Positions 32,460 through 45,689 of a stretch of DNA of 64,000 bases are shown here, one piece after another. Position 1 is the first letter of the stretch; each line of letters starts with the position of its first letter. The notes below the pieces were generated by a model. The model saw only the letters and a list, made by a program, of their open reading frames with translations. It did not search any database and was not told where the DNA came from. Source of the stretch: Escherichia coli (GTDB taxonomy: Bacteria > Pseudomonadota > Gammaproteobacteria > Enterobacterales > Enterobacteriaceae); assembly GCF_024223415.1 (NCBI RefSeq), contig NZ_CP100500.1. One strand, 5' to 3'. Both the position numbers and the translations under genes were made by a program.

Positions 32460-33342
32460 GTGTTCCCCGCGCCAGCGGGGATAAACCGGTCAAATCGGTT
32501 ACCTTAACCTGTTGAATGTGGTGTTCCCCGCGCCAGCGGGGATAAACCGAACGGCTACGGCACCGAGGTGACAAACCAGATGTGTTCCCCGCGCCAGCGG
32601 GGATAAACCGAACTCCAGGATATTGCAAACCGCATAGTGGATGTGTTCCCCGCGCCAGCGGGGATAAACCGCCGTTGCGCTGGCATCGGGTGTACCTGTT
32701 GTGGTGTTCCCCGCGCCAGCGGGGATAAACCGCCGTTGCGCTGGCATCGGGTGTACCTGTTGTGGTGTTCCCCGCGCCAGCGGGGATAAACCGGGCTTAC
32801 ACGCCACCATGGCATCAAGAACGATGTGTTCCCCGCGCCAGCGGGGATAAACCGATTACGACTTCCGCACGCACCCACCGTTTGTAGTGTTCCCCGCGCC
32901 AGCGGGGATAAACCGTTGGGCTAGGAGGAAGAGCATCATTAACATGGGTGTTCCCCGCGCCAGCGGGGATAAACCTGAGGCGGCTAAACCGTCGCGCACA
33001 CGAGCGACGTGTTCCCCGCGCCAGCGGGGATAAACCGCGTACTGCTTACTCCGTCATCGATGTATGAGTGTGTTCCCCGCGCCAGCGGGGATAAACCGTA
33101 CGTGTCGCCGTTACAGATTTCAGTCTGTTAGTGTTCCCCGCGCCAGCGGGGATAAACCGGGCGTCCAGTGATGCTTTCTGGTGCTCGAATAGTGTTCCCC
33201 GCGCCAGCGGGGATAAACCGCACGATTTTATGTGCCGCGTTGAGGCGTGGGCGTGTTCCCCGCGCCAGCGGGGATAAACCGGGCGCACTGGATGCGATGA
33301 TGGATATCACTTAGAATTCCCCGCCCCTGCGGTAGAACACCC
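32460..33342 (+). CRISPR. Type I-E CRISPR array, 14 repeats of 29 bp plus degenerate terminal repeat; 14 spacers of 32 bp
   Basis: GTGTTCCCCGCGCCAGCGGGGATAAACCG every 61 bp from 32460 to 33253; degenerate repeat gaattccccgcccctgcggtagaacac at 33314-33342. Confidence 0.98.
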
Positions 33343-33362
33343 AGCTCCCATTTTCCAACCCA

Positions 33363-34400
33363 TCAAGACGCCTTCGCCAGCTCCTTCACCAACGGTAGCA
33401 TTATCCGCATAACATCACGGCAGCGACGTTCTATTCTTCCAGGAAGTGCCTTATCAATATGCTGTTGATTATCCAGTCTTACGTCATGCCAGCTATTTCC
33501 CGCAGGGAATGCGGCTGTTTTTGCGCGTTGCTGATAACCATCCTTATTCCCAAGATTCCAGTTAGTCGCTTCCACCGAAAGTACAGCAATGCCCGCTTTG
33601 TCGAATATTTCTGCGTCATTACAACACCCAGTGCCTTTCGGATAATTTTTATTCAAACCCGGATTGGTCGTTGCGGCTATTCCGTGACTGCGCGCAATTG
33701 CCAGCGCCCTGTCGCGCGTTAATTTCCTTACTGCCTCAGGGGTTTTTACACCGCTGTTGAAATACAATTTATCGCCAACAATTAAGTTATCGAGATTAAT
33801 CACCAGCAGCGTATTTTTCTTTTCGGTGTCACTCATCCGCTTGAGTAAATTCTCAGCGCCTAATTTCCCTTCCTCTTCGCCGCTGGTCGCCACAAATCGA
33901 ATACCATACTCGGTAGGCGTATTTTTCAGGCGTTCTGCCAGTTCCAGCATGACACCTAAACCTGCGGCGTTATCATCCATTCCTTGTAACGTCAGCCCGC
34001 CGAGATTGGCATCGGCGTCAGCATCGCTCAGCGGGGCGTAAGTATCCAGATGCGCCATAATGATGATCTGCTGCGGCGCTTTGCCTTCATGAGCGGCAAT
34101 CACCGTACTTCCCGTCACGTTATGCCAGCTCTTACGATTATCGCGGGCGGTATAAATATACCGACTATTAAATGTCCGAATATCACTGCGATAACCCATT
34201 TGCTGAAACTGTTGGCGAATATAATCGGCAGATAACATTTCTGCAGGAGTTCCGGTCATGCGTCCCGGAAAGAAAGTAGCAATATGTCGTGCCTGAGTAT
34301 TAGCAAAATCGCCAGGTTTAGGTGACGAGGCGTGTACGGGGAGAATAAAGCATACGCCGAGCGCCAGGGCAGCGGTACGGTGGCGCAATGCGGAAAACAT
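33363..34400 (-). CDS. iap: Alkaline phosphatase isozyme conversion aminopeptidase
   Basis: 345-aa ORF with signal peptide; M28-family peptidase-like; position adjacent to CRISPR array as in K-12. Confidence 0.9.
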   Translation of the reverse strand: MFSALRHRTAALALGVCFILPVHASSPKPGDFANTQARHIATFFPGRMTGTPAEMLSADYIRQQFQQMGYRSDIRTFNSRYIYTARDNRKSWHNVTGSTVIAAHEGKAPQQIIIMAHLDTYAPLSDADADANLGGLTLQGMDDNAAGLGVMLELAERLKNTPTEYGIRFVATSGEEEGKLGAENLLKRMSDTEKKNTLLVINLDNLIVGDKLYFNSGVKTPEAVRKLTRDRALAIARSHGIAATTNPGLNKNYPKGTGCCNDAEIFDKAGIAVLSVEATNWNLGNKDGYQQRAKTAAFPAGNSWHDVRLDNQQHIDKALPGRIERRCRDVMRIMLPLVKELAKAS

Positions 34401-34651
34401 AGTGAGTCCTTAAATACCATGCAAATTTTTTTACCGCCATAGTATGAAACTGCCGCTGCGCTAAAACAATTTCAAATCTTCCTAAACGCCCGAAATCCGG
34501 TGCCTTAAGCACTTTTTGATATTAGCTTTGCCAAATCGTTATTCCGTTAAGGAACTACTCATTCTAATTGGTAATTTCATTCGTTCTCTTACGCTCCCTA
34601 TAGTCGAAACATCTGATGGCAAGAAAATAGCGGTATTGCAAAGGAACGGTT

Positions 34652-35560
34652 ATGGATCAAAAACGACTTACCCACCTACGACAGCTGGAGGCGGAAAGCA
34701 TCCACATCATTCGCGAGGTGGCGGCAGAATTCTCAAATCCGGTGATGCTCTACTCTATCGGTAAAGATTCCAGCGTCATGCTGCATCTGGCGCGCAAGGC
34801 GTTTTATCCAGGTACGCTGCCTTTCCCGTTGCTGCATGTCGATACCGGCTGGAAATTCCGCGAGATGTATGAGTTCCGCGATCGTACGGCGAAAGCCTAC
34901 GGCTGCGAGCTGCTGGTGCATAAAAACCCGGAAGGCGTGGCGATGGGGATTAATCCATTCGTGCACGGCAGCGCGAAACATACCGATATTATGAAGACCG
35001 AAGGCCTGAAGCAGGCGCTGAATAAATACGGTTTTGATGCCGCCTTCGGTGGTGCGCGCCGCGACGAAGAGAAATCCCGTGCTAAAGAGCGAATCTATTC
35101 TTTCCGTGATCGCTTCCATCGCTGGGATCCGAAAAATCAGCGCCCGGAGCTGTGGCACAACTACAACGGGCAAATTAATAAAGGCGAAAGCATCCGCGTC
35201 TTCCCGCTCTCTAACTGGACCGAGCAGGATATCTGGCAATACATCTGGCTGGAAAATATCGACATTGTGCCGCTGTATCTCGCTGCGGAACGTCCGGTTC
35301 TGGAACGCGACGGTATGTTGATGATGATTGATGACAACCGTATCGACCTGCAACAGGGCGAAGTGATTAAAAAACGGATGGTGCGTTTCCGTACGCTGGG
35401 CTGCTGGCCGCTGACCGGTGCGGTGGAGTCAAATGCACAAACACTGCCGGAGATCATCGAAGAGATGCTGGTTTCCACCACCAGTGAACGTCAGGGCCGC
35501 GTGATTGACCGCGACCAGGCGGGATCCATGGAGCTGAAAAAACGTCAGGGGTATTTTTAA
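34652..35560 (+). CDS. cysD: Sulfate adenylyltransferase subunit 2
   Basis: 302-aa ORF; PAPS-reductase-like fold motif ([13 protein letters not shown]). Confidence 0.97.
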   Translation: MDQKRLTHLRQLEAESIHIIREVAAEFSNPVMLYSIGKDSSVMLHLARKAFYPGTLPFPLLHVDTGWKFREMYEFRDRTAKAYGCELLVHKNPEGVAMGINPFVHGSAKHTDIMKTEGLKQALNKYGFDAAFGGARRDEEKSRAKERIYSFRDRFHRWDPKNQRPELWHNYNGQINKGESIRVFPLSNWTEQDIWQYIWLENIDIVPLYLAAERPVLERDGMLMMIDDNRIDLQQGEVIKKRMVRFRTLGCWPLTGAVESNAQTLPEIIEEMLVSTTSERQGRVIDRDQAGSMELKKRQGYF

Positions 35561-35561
35561 G

Positions 35562-36989
35562 ATGAACACCGCACTTGCACAACAAATCGCCAATGAAGGC
35601 GGCGTCGAAGCCTGGATGATTGCGCAACAACATAAAAGCCTGCTGCGTTTTCTGACCTGTGGTAGCGTCGATGACGGCAAAAGTACCCTGATTGGTCGTC
35701 TGCTGCACGATACCCGCCAAATCTATGAAGATCAGCTCTCATCGCTGCATAACGACAGTAAGCGTCACGGCACCCAGGGCGAAAAGCTGGATCTGGCTCT
35801 GCTGGTGGACGGCCTGCAAGCTGAGCGTGAACAGGGCATCACCATTGACGTGGCCTACCGCTATTTCTCTACCGAGAAGCGTAAATTTATTATCGCCGAC
35901 ACTCCAGGGCACGAGCAGTACACCCGCAATATGGCGACTGGCGCATCGACATGTGAACTGGCGATCTTACTGATCGATGCCCGTAAAGGCGTGTTCGATC
36001 AAACCCGTCGTCACAGTTTTATCTCCACACTGTTGGGGATCAAACATCTGGTCGTGGCGATCAACAAAATGGATCTGGTGGATTACAGTGAAGAGACGTT
36101 CACCCGTATTCGTGAAGATTATTTGACCTTTGCCGGGCAGCTGCCGGGTAATCTGGATATCCGCTTTGTGCCGCTCTCTGCACTGGAAGGCGACAACGTG
36201 GCTTCGCAAAGTGAAAGTATGCCGTGGTACAGCGGTCCGACACTGCTCGAAGTGCTGGAAACCGTGGAGATTCAGCGAGTGGTGGATGCCCAGCCAATGC
36301 GCTTCCCGGTGCAGTACGTTAACCGCCCAAATCTCGATTTTCGTGGCTACGCCGGAACGCTGGCATCCGGTCGCGTGGAAGTCGGGCAACGTGTAAAAGT
36401 GCTGCCCTCTGGTGTGGAATCAAACGTCGCGCGGATCGTGACTTTTGATGGTGATCGCGAAGAAGCCTTTGCCGGAGAAGCGATCACCCTGGTGCTGACG
36501 GATGAGATCGACATCAGCCGTGGCGATCTGCTGCTGGCGGCAGACGAAGCGTTACCAGCTGTGCAGAGCGCGTCGGTGGATGTGGTATGGATGGCGGAAC
36601 AGCCGCTTTCCCCGGGCCAGAGTTATGACATCAAAATTGCCGGTAAGAAGACGCGTGCTCGTGTTGATGGCATTCGTTATCAGGTTGATATTAATAACCT
36701 TACCCAACGCGAAGTTGAAAACCTGCCGCTGAACGGCATCGGCCTGGTGGATCTCACTTTTGACGAGCCACTGGTGTTAGATCGTTATCAGCAAAACCCG
36801 GTTACCGGTGGGCTGATTTTTATCGATCGCCTGAGCAATGTGACCGTAGGTGCCGGTATGGTGCATGAGCCAGTTAGCCAGGCAACTGCTGCGCCATCTG
36901 AATTTAGTGCATTCGAACTGGAATTGAATGCCCTGGTTCGCCGCCACTTTCCACACTGGGGCGCGCGCGATTTGCTGGGGGATAAATAA
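35562..36989 (+). CDS. cysN: Sulfate adenylyltransferase subunit 1 (GTPase)
   Basis: 475-aa ORF; GTPase motifs ([21 protein letters not shown]). Confidence 0.97.
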   Translation: MNTALAQQIANEGGVEAWMIAQQHKSLLRFLTCGSVDDGKSTLIGRLLHDTRQIYEDQLSSLHNDSKRHGTQGEKLDLALLVDGLQAEREQGITIDVAYRYFSTEKRKFIIADTPGHEQYTRNMATGASTCELAILLIDARKGVFDQTRRHSFISTLLGIKHLVVAINKMDLVDYSEETFTRIREDYLTFAGQLPGNLDIRFVPLSALEGDNVASQSESMPWYSGPTLLEVLETVEIQRVVDAQPMRFPVQYVNRPNLDFRGYAGTLASGRVEVGQRVKVLPSGVESNVARIVTFDGDREEAFAGEAITLVLTDEIDISRGDLLLAADEALPAVQSASVDVVWMAEQPLSPGQSYDIKIAGKKTRARVDGIRYQVDINNLTQREVENLPLNGIGLVDLTFDEPLVLDRYQQNPVTGGLIFIDRLSNVTVGAGMVHEPVSQATAAPSEFSAFELELNALVRRHFPHWGARDLLGDK

Positions 36990-37594
36990 TGGCGCTGCAT
37001 GACGAAAACGTCGTCTGGCATAGCCATCCGGTCACTGTGCAACAACGCGAGCTACACCACGGTCATCGTGGTGTAGTGCTGTGGTTTACCGGCCTCTCCG
37101 GGTCCGGTAAATCAACGGTCGCCGGGGCGCTGGAGGAGGCGTTACATAAACTCGGCGTCAGTACGTATCTGCTGGATGGCGACAATGTTCGCCACGGATT
37201 ATGTAGCGATCTCGGTTTTAGCGATGCCGATCGTAAAGAGAATATCCGTCGCGTCGGTGAAGTGGCGAATTTGATGGTTGAGGCCGGACTGGTGGTGCTG
37301 ACCGCATTTATCTCGCCACACCGCGCCGAACGCCAGATGGTTCGTGAACGCGTAGGAGAAGGGCGCTTTATCGAAGTGTTTGTCGATACGCCGCTGGCGA
37401 TTTGCGAAGCCCGCGATCCAAAAGGCTTATATAAGAAAGCGCGTGCCGGTGAACTGGGCAACTTTACGGGAATAGATTCCGTTTACGAAGCGCCTGAATC
37501 GGCAGAAATTCATCTCAATGGTGAACAATTAGTAACAAATTTGGTACAGCAATTATTAGATCTGTTGAGACAGAACGATATTATCAGATCCTGA
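36989..37594 (+). CDS. cysC: Adenylyl-sulfate (APS) kinase
   Basis: 201-aa ORF; P-loop GLSGSGKST. Confidence 0.97.
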   Translation: MALHDENVVWHSHPVTVQQRELHHGHRGVVLWFTGLSGSGKSTVAGALEEALHKLGVSTYLLDGDNVRHGLCSDLGFSDADRKENIRRVGEVANLMVEAGLVVLTAFISPHRAERQMVRERVGEGRFIEVFVDTPLAICEARDPKGLYKKARAGELGNFTGIDSVYEAPESAEIHLNGEQLVTNLVQQLLDLLRQNDIIRS

Positions 37595-37643
37595 GACACC
37601 ACCGGGTTTCCATGCCCGGTTCGTCAAAGTAACAGGATCAAAT

Positions 37644-37967
37644 ATGCGTAATAGCCATAACATTACACTAACAAATAACGACAGCCTTACTGAGGATGAA
37701 GAAACCACATGGTCACTGCCTGGTGCCGTGGTCGGTTTTATCTCCTGGTTATTTGCGCTGGCGATGCCGATGTTGATTTATGGCTCTAACACGCTGTTCT
37801 TCTTTATCTACACCTGGCCTTTCTTTCTGGCGCTGATGCCCGTTGCGGTAGTGGTGGGGATTGCGCTGCATTCATTGATGGACGGAAAGCTACGCTACAG
37901 TATTGTTTTCACCCTGGTGACAGTAGGCATTATGTTTGGCGCACTGTTTATGTGGCTGCTGGGCTAA
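37644..37967 (+). CDS. ygbE: Small inner-membrane protein YgbE (DUF3561-like)
   Basis: 107-aa ORF with three hydrophobic segments; synteny. Confidence 0.85.
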   Translation: MRNSHNITLTNNDSLTEDEETTWSLPGAVVGFISWLFALAMPMLIYGSNTLFFFIYTWPFFLALMPVAVVVGIALHSLMDGKLRYSIVFTLVTVGIMFGALFMWLLG

Positions 37968-38160
37968 TTTGTACTTTCCCGTCTCCTCTGTTCATAATTC
38001 AAACCGTAACTAATAATGAGATTATGTTCTGCACGCCCTGGGTATACGTAACAATGGACAAATGTGGTACATTTGCCCGCGTTGTCGCGGTATCCCCAAC
38101 AGAGGATGTAGAGTCGTCTTCGGATGCATGGGATGATGATGCCGTTTTTCAGGGGGCAGG

Positions 38161-38472
38161 ATGGGTAAACTAACGCTGCTGTTGCTGGCTATTCTGGTCT
38201 GGCTACAGTATTCGCTGTGGTTCGGTAAGAACGGTATACATGACTATACCCGCGTCAATGATGATGTGGCGGCACAGCAAGCTACAAACGCGAAACTTAA
38301 AGCGCGAAACGATCAACTTTTTGCCGAAATTGACGATCTCAATGGCGGCCAGGAGGCGCTCGAAGAGCGTGCGCGTAATGAACTCAGCATGACCAGGCCG
38401 GGCGAAACTTTTTATCGTCTGGTGCCTGACGCGTCGAAGCGCGCACAGTCTGCGGGGCAAAACAATCGATAA
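38161..38472 (+). CDS. ftsB: Cell division protein FtsB
   Basis: 103-aa ORF; N-terminal TM segment followed by coiled-coil region. Confidence 0.93.
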
Positions 38473-38490
38473 ATCAGCCCGGGAATTAAC

Positions 38491-39201
38491 ATGGCAACCA
38501 CTCATTTGGATGTTTGCGCCGTGGTTCCGGCGGCCGGATTTGGCCGTCGAATGCAAACGGAATGTCCTAAGCAATATCTCTCAATCGGTAATCAAACCAT
38601 TCTTGAACACTCGGTGCATGCGCTGCTGGCACATCCCCGGGTGACACGTGTCGTCATTGCCATAAGTCCTGGCGATAGCCGTTTTGCACAACTTCCTCTG
38701 GCGAATCATCCGCAAATCACCGTTGTAGATGGCGGTGATGAGCGTGCCGATTCCGTGCTGGCAGGTCTGAAAGCCGCTGGCGACGCGCAGTGGGTATTGG
38801 TGCATGACGCCGCTCGTCCTTGTCTGCATCAGGATGACCTCGCGCGATTGTTGGCGTTGAGCGAAACCAGCCGCACGGGAGGGATCCTCGCCGCACCAGT
38901 GCGCGATACTATGAAACGTGCCGAACCGGGCAAAAATGCCATTGCTCATACCGTTGATCGCAACGGCTTATGGCACGCGCTGACGCCGCAATTTTTCCCT
39001 CGAGAGCTGTTACATGACTGTCTGACGCGCGCTCTAAATGAAGGCGCGACTATTACCGACGAAGCCTCGGCGCTGGAATATTGCGGATTTCATCCGCAGT
39101 TGGTCGAAGGCCGCGCGGATAACATTAAAGTCACGCGCCCGGAAGATTTGGCACTGGCCGAGTTTTACCTCACCCGAACCATCCATCAGGAGAATACATA
39201 A
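38491..39201 (+). CDS. ispD: 2-C-methyl-D-erythritol 4-phosphate cytidylyltransferase
   Basis: 236-aa ORF; [10 protein letters not shown] motif. Confidence 0.96.
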
Positions 39202-39680
39202 TGCGAATTGGACACGGTTTTGACGTACACGCCTTTGGCGGTGAAGGCCCAATTATCATTGGTGGCGTACGCATTCCTTACGAAAAAGGATTGCTGGCGC
39301 ATTCTGATGGCGACGTGGCGCTCCATGCGTTGACCGATGCATTGCTTGGCGCGGCGGCGCTGGGGGATATCGGCAAGCTGTTCCCGGATACCGATCCGGC
39401 ATTTAAAGGTGCCGACAGCCGCGAGCTGCTACGCGAAGCCTGGCGTCGTATTCAGGCGAAGGGTTATACCCTTGGTAACGTCGATGTCACTATCATCGCT
39501 CAGGCACCGAAGATGTTGCCGCACATTCCACAAATGCGCGTGTTTATTGCCGAAGATCTCGGCTGCCATATGGATGATGTTAACGTGAAAGCCACTACTA
39601 CGGAAAAACTTGGATTTACCGGACGTGGGGAAGGGATTGCCTGTGAAGCGGTGGCGCTACTCATTAAGGCAACAAAATGA
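39201..39680 (+). CDS. ispF: 2-C-methyl-D-erythritol 2,4-cyclodiphosphate synthase
   Basis: 159-aa ORF; [12 protein letters not shown]...SDGDV motif. Confidence 0.97.
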
Positions 39681-40706
39681 TTGAGTTTGATAATCTCACT
39701 TACCTCCACGGTAAACCGCAAGGCACCGGGCTGCTGAAAGCCAATCCGGAAGACTTTGTGGTGGTGGAAGATTTGGGCTTTGAGCCTGATGGTGAAGGTG
39801 AGCATATTCTGGTTAGAATCCTCAAAAACGGCTGCAATACCCGTTTTGTGGCGGATGCACTGGCGAAATTCCTGAAAATTCATGCCCGTGAAGTCAGCTT
39901 CGCTGGGCAAAAAGATAAACATGCTGTTACGGAACAGTGGTTATGCGCTCGCGTGCCGGGCAAAGAGATGCCCGATCTGAGTGCCTTTCAACTGGAAGGC
40001 TGCCAGGTGCTGGAGTATGCGCGGCACAAGCGCAAGCTGCGTTTAGGGGCGCTGAAAGGTAACGCCTTTACCCTGGTACTACGCGAAGTGAGCAATCGCG
40101 ATGACGTTGAACAACGTCTGATCGATATTTGCGTAAAAGGTGTACCGAACTACTTCGGTGCCCAACGTTTTGGGATTGGCGGTAGCAACTTGCAGGGCGC
40201 GCTGCGCTGGGCGCAAACCAATACTCCGGTGCGCGATCGCAATAAACGGAGTTTTTGGTTGTCGGCAGCCCGCAGTGCGTTGTTTAATCAGATTGTTGCT
40301 GAGCGCCTCAAAAAAGCAGACGTTAATCAAGTTGTTGACGGCGATGCGCTACAATTAGCCGGACGTGGTAGCTGGTTTGTAGCAACCACCGAAGAACTGG
40401 CGGAATTACAGCGTCGCGTCAACGATAAAGAGCTGATGATAACCGCCGCATTGCCGGGCAGTGGCGAATGGGGAACTCAGCGTGAAGCGCTGGCATTCGA
40501 ACAAGCAGCTGTCGCCGCAGAAACTGAATTACAAGCCTTACTGGTGCGCGAAAAAGTTGAAGCCGCGCGCAGAGCGATGCTGCTGTATCCGCAACAATTA
40601 AGCTGGAACTGGTGGGACGACGTCACTGTCGAAATCCGTTTCTGGCTTCCGGCAGGAAGCTTTGCGACCAGCGTTGTCAGGGAACTTATCAACACAACAG
40701 GTGATT

Positions 40707-40726
<20 letters not shown>
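39677..40726 (+). CDS. truD: tRNA pseudouridine(13) synthase
   Basis: 349-aa ORF overlapping ispF stop; TruD family. Confidence 0.95.
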
Positions 40727-42088
<1,362 letters not shown>

Positions 42089-42227
42089 AACGTGAGGAAA
42101 TACCTGGATTTTTCCTGGTTATTTTGCCGCAGGTCAGCGTATCGTGAACATCTTTTCCAGTGTTCAGTATGGTGCCTTGCACGGTAATTATGTCACTGGT
42201 TATTAACCAATTTTTCCTGGGGGATAA

Positions 42228-43367
42228 ATGAGCGCGGGAAGCCCAAAATTCACCGTTCGCCGCATTGCGGCTTTGTCACTGGTTTCGCTATGGCTGGCAG
42301 GCTGTTCTGACACTTCAAATCCACCGGCACCGGTCAGCTCCGTTAATGGCAATGCGCCTGCAAATACCAATTCTGGTATGTTGATTACGCCGCCGCCGAA
42401 AATGGGGACGACGTCTACAGCGCAGCAACCGCAAATTCAGCCGGTACAGCAGCCACAAATTCAGGCCACTCAACAACCGCAAATCCAGCCAGTGCAGCCA
42501 GTAGCTCAGCAGCCGGTACAGATGGAAAACGGACGCATCGTCTATAACCGTCAGTATGGGAACATTCCGAAAGGCAGTTATAGCGGCAGTACCTATACCG
42601 TGAAAAAAGGCGACACGCTTTTCTATATCGCCTGGATTACTGGCAACGATTTCCGTGACCTTGCTCAGCGCAACAATATTCAGGCACCATACGCGCTGAA
42701 CGTCGGTCAGACCTTACAGGTGGGGAATGCTTCCGGTACGCCAATCACTGGCGGAAATGCCATTACCCAGGCCGACGCAGCAGAGCAAGGAGTTGTGATC
42801 AAGCCTGCACAAAATTCCACCGTTGCTGTTGCGTCGCAACCGACAATTACGTATTCTGAGTCTTCGGGTGAACAGAGTGCTAACAAAATGTTGCCGAACA
42901 ACAAGCCAACTGCGACCACGGTCACAGCGCCTGTAACGGTACCAACAGCAAGCACAACCGAGCCGACTGTCAGCAGTACATCAACCAGTACGCCTATCTC
43001 CACCTGGCGCTGGCCGACTGAGGGCAAAGTGATCGAAACCTTTGGCGCTTCTGAGGGGGGCAACAAGGGGATTGATATCGCAGGCAGCAAAGGACAGGCA
43101 ATTATCGCGACCGCAGATGGCCGCGTTGTTTATGCCGGTAACGCGCTGCGCGGCTACGGTAATCTGATTATCATCAAACATAATGATGATTACCTGAGTG
43201 CCTACGCCCATAACGACACAATGCTGGTCCGGGAACAACAAGAAGTGAAGGCGGGGCAAAAAATAGCAACCATGGGTAGCACCGGAACCAGTTCAACACG
43301 CTTGCATTTTGAAATTCGTTACAAGGGGAAATCCGTAAACCCGCTGCGTTATTTGCCGCAGCGATAA
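42228..43367 (+). CDS. nlpD: Murein hydrolase activator lipoprotein NlpD (LysM + M23 peptidase-like domain)
   Basis: 379-aa ORF; lipobox LAGC, Gln/Pro-rich repeats, LysM ([13 protein letters not shown]), C-terminal M23-like domain. Confidence 0.96.
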   Translation: MSAGSPKFTVRRIAALSLVSLWLAGCSDTSNPPAPVSSVNGNAPANTNSGMLITPPPKMGTTSTAQQPQIQPVQQPQIQATQQPQIQPVQPVAQQPVQMENGRIVYNRQYGNIPKGSYSGSTYTVKKGDTLFYIAWITGNDFRDLAQRNNIQAPYALNVGQTLQVGNASGTPITGGNAITQADAAEQGVVIKPAQNSTVAVASQPTITYSESSGEQSANKMLPNNKPTATTVTAPVTVPTASTTEPTVSSTSTSTPISTWRWPTEGKVIETFGASEGGNKGIDIAGSKGQAIIATADGRVVYAGNALRGYGNLIIIKHNDDYLSAYAHNDTMLVREQQEVKAGQKIATMGSTGTSSTRLHFEIRYKGKSVNPLRYLPQR

Positions 43368-43429
43368 ATCGGCGGAACCAGGCTTTTGCTTGAATGTTCC
43401 GTCAAGGGATCACGGGTAGGAGCCACCTT

Positions 43430-44422
43430 ATGAGTCAGAATACGCTGAAAGTTCATGATTTAAATGAAGATGCGGAATTTGATGAGAACGGAGTTGAGGT
43501 TTTTGACGAAAAGGCCTTAGTAGAAGAGGAACCCAGTGATAACGATTTGGCCGAAGAGGAACTGTTATCGCAGGGAGCCACACAGCGTGTGTTGGACGCG
43601 ACTCAGCTTTACCTTGGTGAGATTGGTTATTCACCACTGTTAACGGCCGAAGAAGAAGTTTATTTTGCGCGTCGCGCACTGCGTGGAGATGTCGCCTCTC
43701 GCCGCCGGATGATCGAGAGTAACTTGCGTCTGGTGGTAAAAATTGCCCGCCGTTATGGCAATCGTGGTCTGGCGTTGCTGGACCTTATCGAAGAGGGCAA
43801 CCTGGGGCTGATCCGCGCGGTAGAGAAGTTTGACCCGGAACGTGGTTTCCGCTTCTCAACATACGCAACCTGGTGGATTCGCCAGACGATTGAACGGGCG
43901 ATTATGAACCAAACCCGTACTATTCGTTTGCCGATTCACATCGTAAAGGAGCTGAACGTTTACCTGCGAACCGCACGTGAGTTGTCCCATAAGCTGGACC
44001 ATGAACCAAGTGCGGAAGAGATCGCAGAGCAACTGGATAAGCCAGTTGATGACGTCAGCCGTATGCTTCGTCTTAACGAGCGCATTACCTCGGTAGACAC
44101 CCCGCTGGGTGGTGATTCCGAAAAAGCGTTGCTGGACATCCTGGCCGATGAAAAAGAGAACGGTCCGGAAGATACCACGCAAGATGACGATATGAAGCAG
44201 AGCATCGTCAAATGGCTGTTCGAGCTGAACGCCAAACAGCGTGAAGTACTGGCACGTCGATTCGGTTTGCTGGGGTACGAAGCGGCAACACTGGAAGATG
44301 TAGGTCGTGAAATTGGCCTCACCCGTGAACGTGTTCGCCAGATTCAGGTTGAAGGCCTGCGCCGTTTGCGCGAAATCCTGCAAACGCAGGGGCTGAATAT
44401 CGAAGCGCTGTTCCGCGAATAA
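43430..44422 (+). CDS. rpoS: RNA polymerase sigma factor sigma-S
   Basis: ORF-track start 43394; preferred ATG 43430 ([17 protein letters not shown]...) giving 330 aa; full length, no internal stop. Confidence 0.98.
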   Translation: MSQNTLKVHDLNEDAEFDENGVEVFDEKALVEEEPSDNDLAEEELLSQGATQRVLDATQLYLGEIGYSPLLTAEEEVYFARRALRGDVASRRRMIESNLRLVVKIARRYGNRGLALLDLIEEGNLGLIRAVEKFDPERGFRFSTYATWWIRQTIERAIMNQTRTIRLPIHIVKELNVYLRTARELSHKLDHEPSAEEIAEQLDKPVDDVSRMLRLNERITSVDTPLGGDSEKALLDILADEKENGPEDTTQDDDMKQSIVKWLFELNAKQREVLARRFGLLGYEAATLEDVGREIGLTRERVRQIQVEGLRRLREILQTQGLNIEALFRE

Positions 44423-44438
44423 GTAAGCATCTGTCAGA

Positions 44439-44475
44439 AAGGCCAGTCTCAAGCGAGGCTGGCCTTTTTCTTTTG
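44439..44475 (+). terminator. rpoS intrinsic terminator (GC stem ggccag...ctggcc followed by tttttctttt)
   Basis: Read directly 17 nt after rpoS stop. Confidence 0.7.
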
Positions 44476-44541
44476 TTTGGGAAGCTTGTGTTTTTGTCGC
44501 CTGGATAAGACACGTCAGCGTCCTACCCGGCAATTTGCATC

Positions 44542-44949
44542 CTATGTGTTCATCATCTTGCGCACCAGCTGCACAAACAGCTCCTGCTCTTCTGCACTCA
44601 AACGCCCCAAAAATTCCTCATCCACGCTGTCACCAATCGGTATCGCCGCAGCAAGTATCTTTTCTCCTTCGGCAGTCAGCCAGACAAAGCGACGCCGCTT
44701 GTCAGCGGCATCATGTTCACGTCTGACTAAGCCACGATTCTCCATTCTTGCCAACATTTCTGCCAACGTTGCTTTGGTGCTGACTGCTGCTTCTATCAGT
44801 GCCACCTGTTCGATACCAGGCTTATCAGCAATGGCGCGCATCACCGCATACTGTGGTTTGGTCAGGTCAGGTAACTCGTGCTGCCAGCGAGCCGTGTGCT
44901 GCTGAAAAAGCTGTCGTAACTGATGGAACGCTTTATTTCGTAACGCCAT
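44542..44949 (-). CDS. MarR/SlyA-family transcriptional regulator
   Basis: ORF 44542-44982; preferred ATG 44949 (GGAG RBS), ~135 aa; divergent from decarboxylase operon. Confidence 0.82.
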   Translation of the reverse strand: MALRNKAFHQLRQLFQQHTARWQHELPDLTKPQYAVMRAIADKPGIEQVALIEAAVSTKATLAEMLARMENRGLVRREHDAADKRRRFVWLTAEGEKILAAAIPIGDSVDEEFLGRLSAEEQELFVQLVRKMMNT

Positions 44950-45063
44950 GTAAACTCCGGGCAAACTATCTGCCGCTATCATAGCGGTTTTTCAGTGACG
45001 AAGGGGATGTTGTTACTTTTCAGTGCTTGCCGCAATGAGAACAGAGGCGTATTTTAATAATAA

Positions 45064-45079
45064 TGTTCGTATACGAACA
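45064..45079. promoter_or_regulatory. Perfect 16-bp palindrome tgttcgtatacgaaca in MarR-decarboxylase divergent intergenic region (candidate operator)
   Basis: Self-complementary sequence read directly; 17 nt upstream of the UbiX-like start. Confidence 0.55.
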
Positions 45080-45095
45080 ATTAAGAGAGTAAGCA

Positions 45096-45689
45096 ATGAA
45101 ACTGATCGTCGGGATGACAGGGGCTACCGGTGCGCCTCTTGGTGTGGCATTACTGCAAGCGCTGCGGGAGATGCCGAATGTCGAGACTCATCTGGTGATG
45201 TCGAAGTGGGCGAAAACCACCATTGAACTGGAAACGCCTTACAGCGCCCGCGATGTTGCTGCCCTCGCTGACTTCAGCCATAACCCGGCGGATCAGGCGG
45301 CGACCATCTCCTCAGGTTCCTTTCGTACCGACGGCATGATCGTTATTCCGTGCAGTATGAAAACGCTCGCCGGTATCCGCGCTGGTTACGCTGATGGCCT
45401 GGTAGGGCGCGCGGCGGACGTCGTGCTCAAAGAAGGCCGCAAACTGGTGCTGGTGCCGCGTGAAATGCCGCTTAGCACCATCCATCTCGAAAATATGCTC
45501 GCACTTTCACGCATGGGCGTGGCGATGGTGCCGCCGATGCCTGCCTTTTATAACCATCCCGAAACGGTAGATGACATTGTCCACCACGTGGTAGCCCGCG
45601 TGCTGGATCAATTTGGCCTTGAACATCCCTACGCCAGGCGCTGGCAAGGATTGCCGCAGGCCCGGAATTTTTCTCAGGAGAATGAATAA
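45096..45689 (+). CDS. UbiX-like flavin prenyltransferase (phenolic acid decarboxylase subunit B)
   Basis: 197-aa ORF; MKLIVGMTGATGAPLGVALLQAL flavoprotein N-terminus typical of UbiX/Pad1. Confidence 0.88.
   Translation: MKLIVGMTGATGAPLGVALLQALREMPNVETHLVMSKWAKTTIELETPYSARDVAALADFSHNPADQAATISSGSFRTDGMIVIPCSMKTLAGIRAGYADGLVGRAADVVLKEGRKLVLVPREMPLSTIHLENMLALSRMGVAMVPPMPAFYNHPETVDDIVHHVVARVLDQFGLEHPYARRWQGLPQARNFSQENE

Noticed and set aside
32499-33310. Several minus-strand ORFs (60-107 aa) with repetitive PAGAGNT/PRWRGEH motifs
   Set aside because: They lie entirely within the cas-adjacent CRISPR array; the repeated peptide motifs are the repeat sequence in different frames; not genes.
37952-38173. 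73-aa plus-strand ORF between ygbE and ftsB
   Set aside because: It overlaps the end of ygbE and the start of ftsB in another frame; no RBS or domain; likely spurious.
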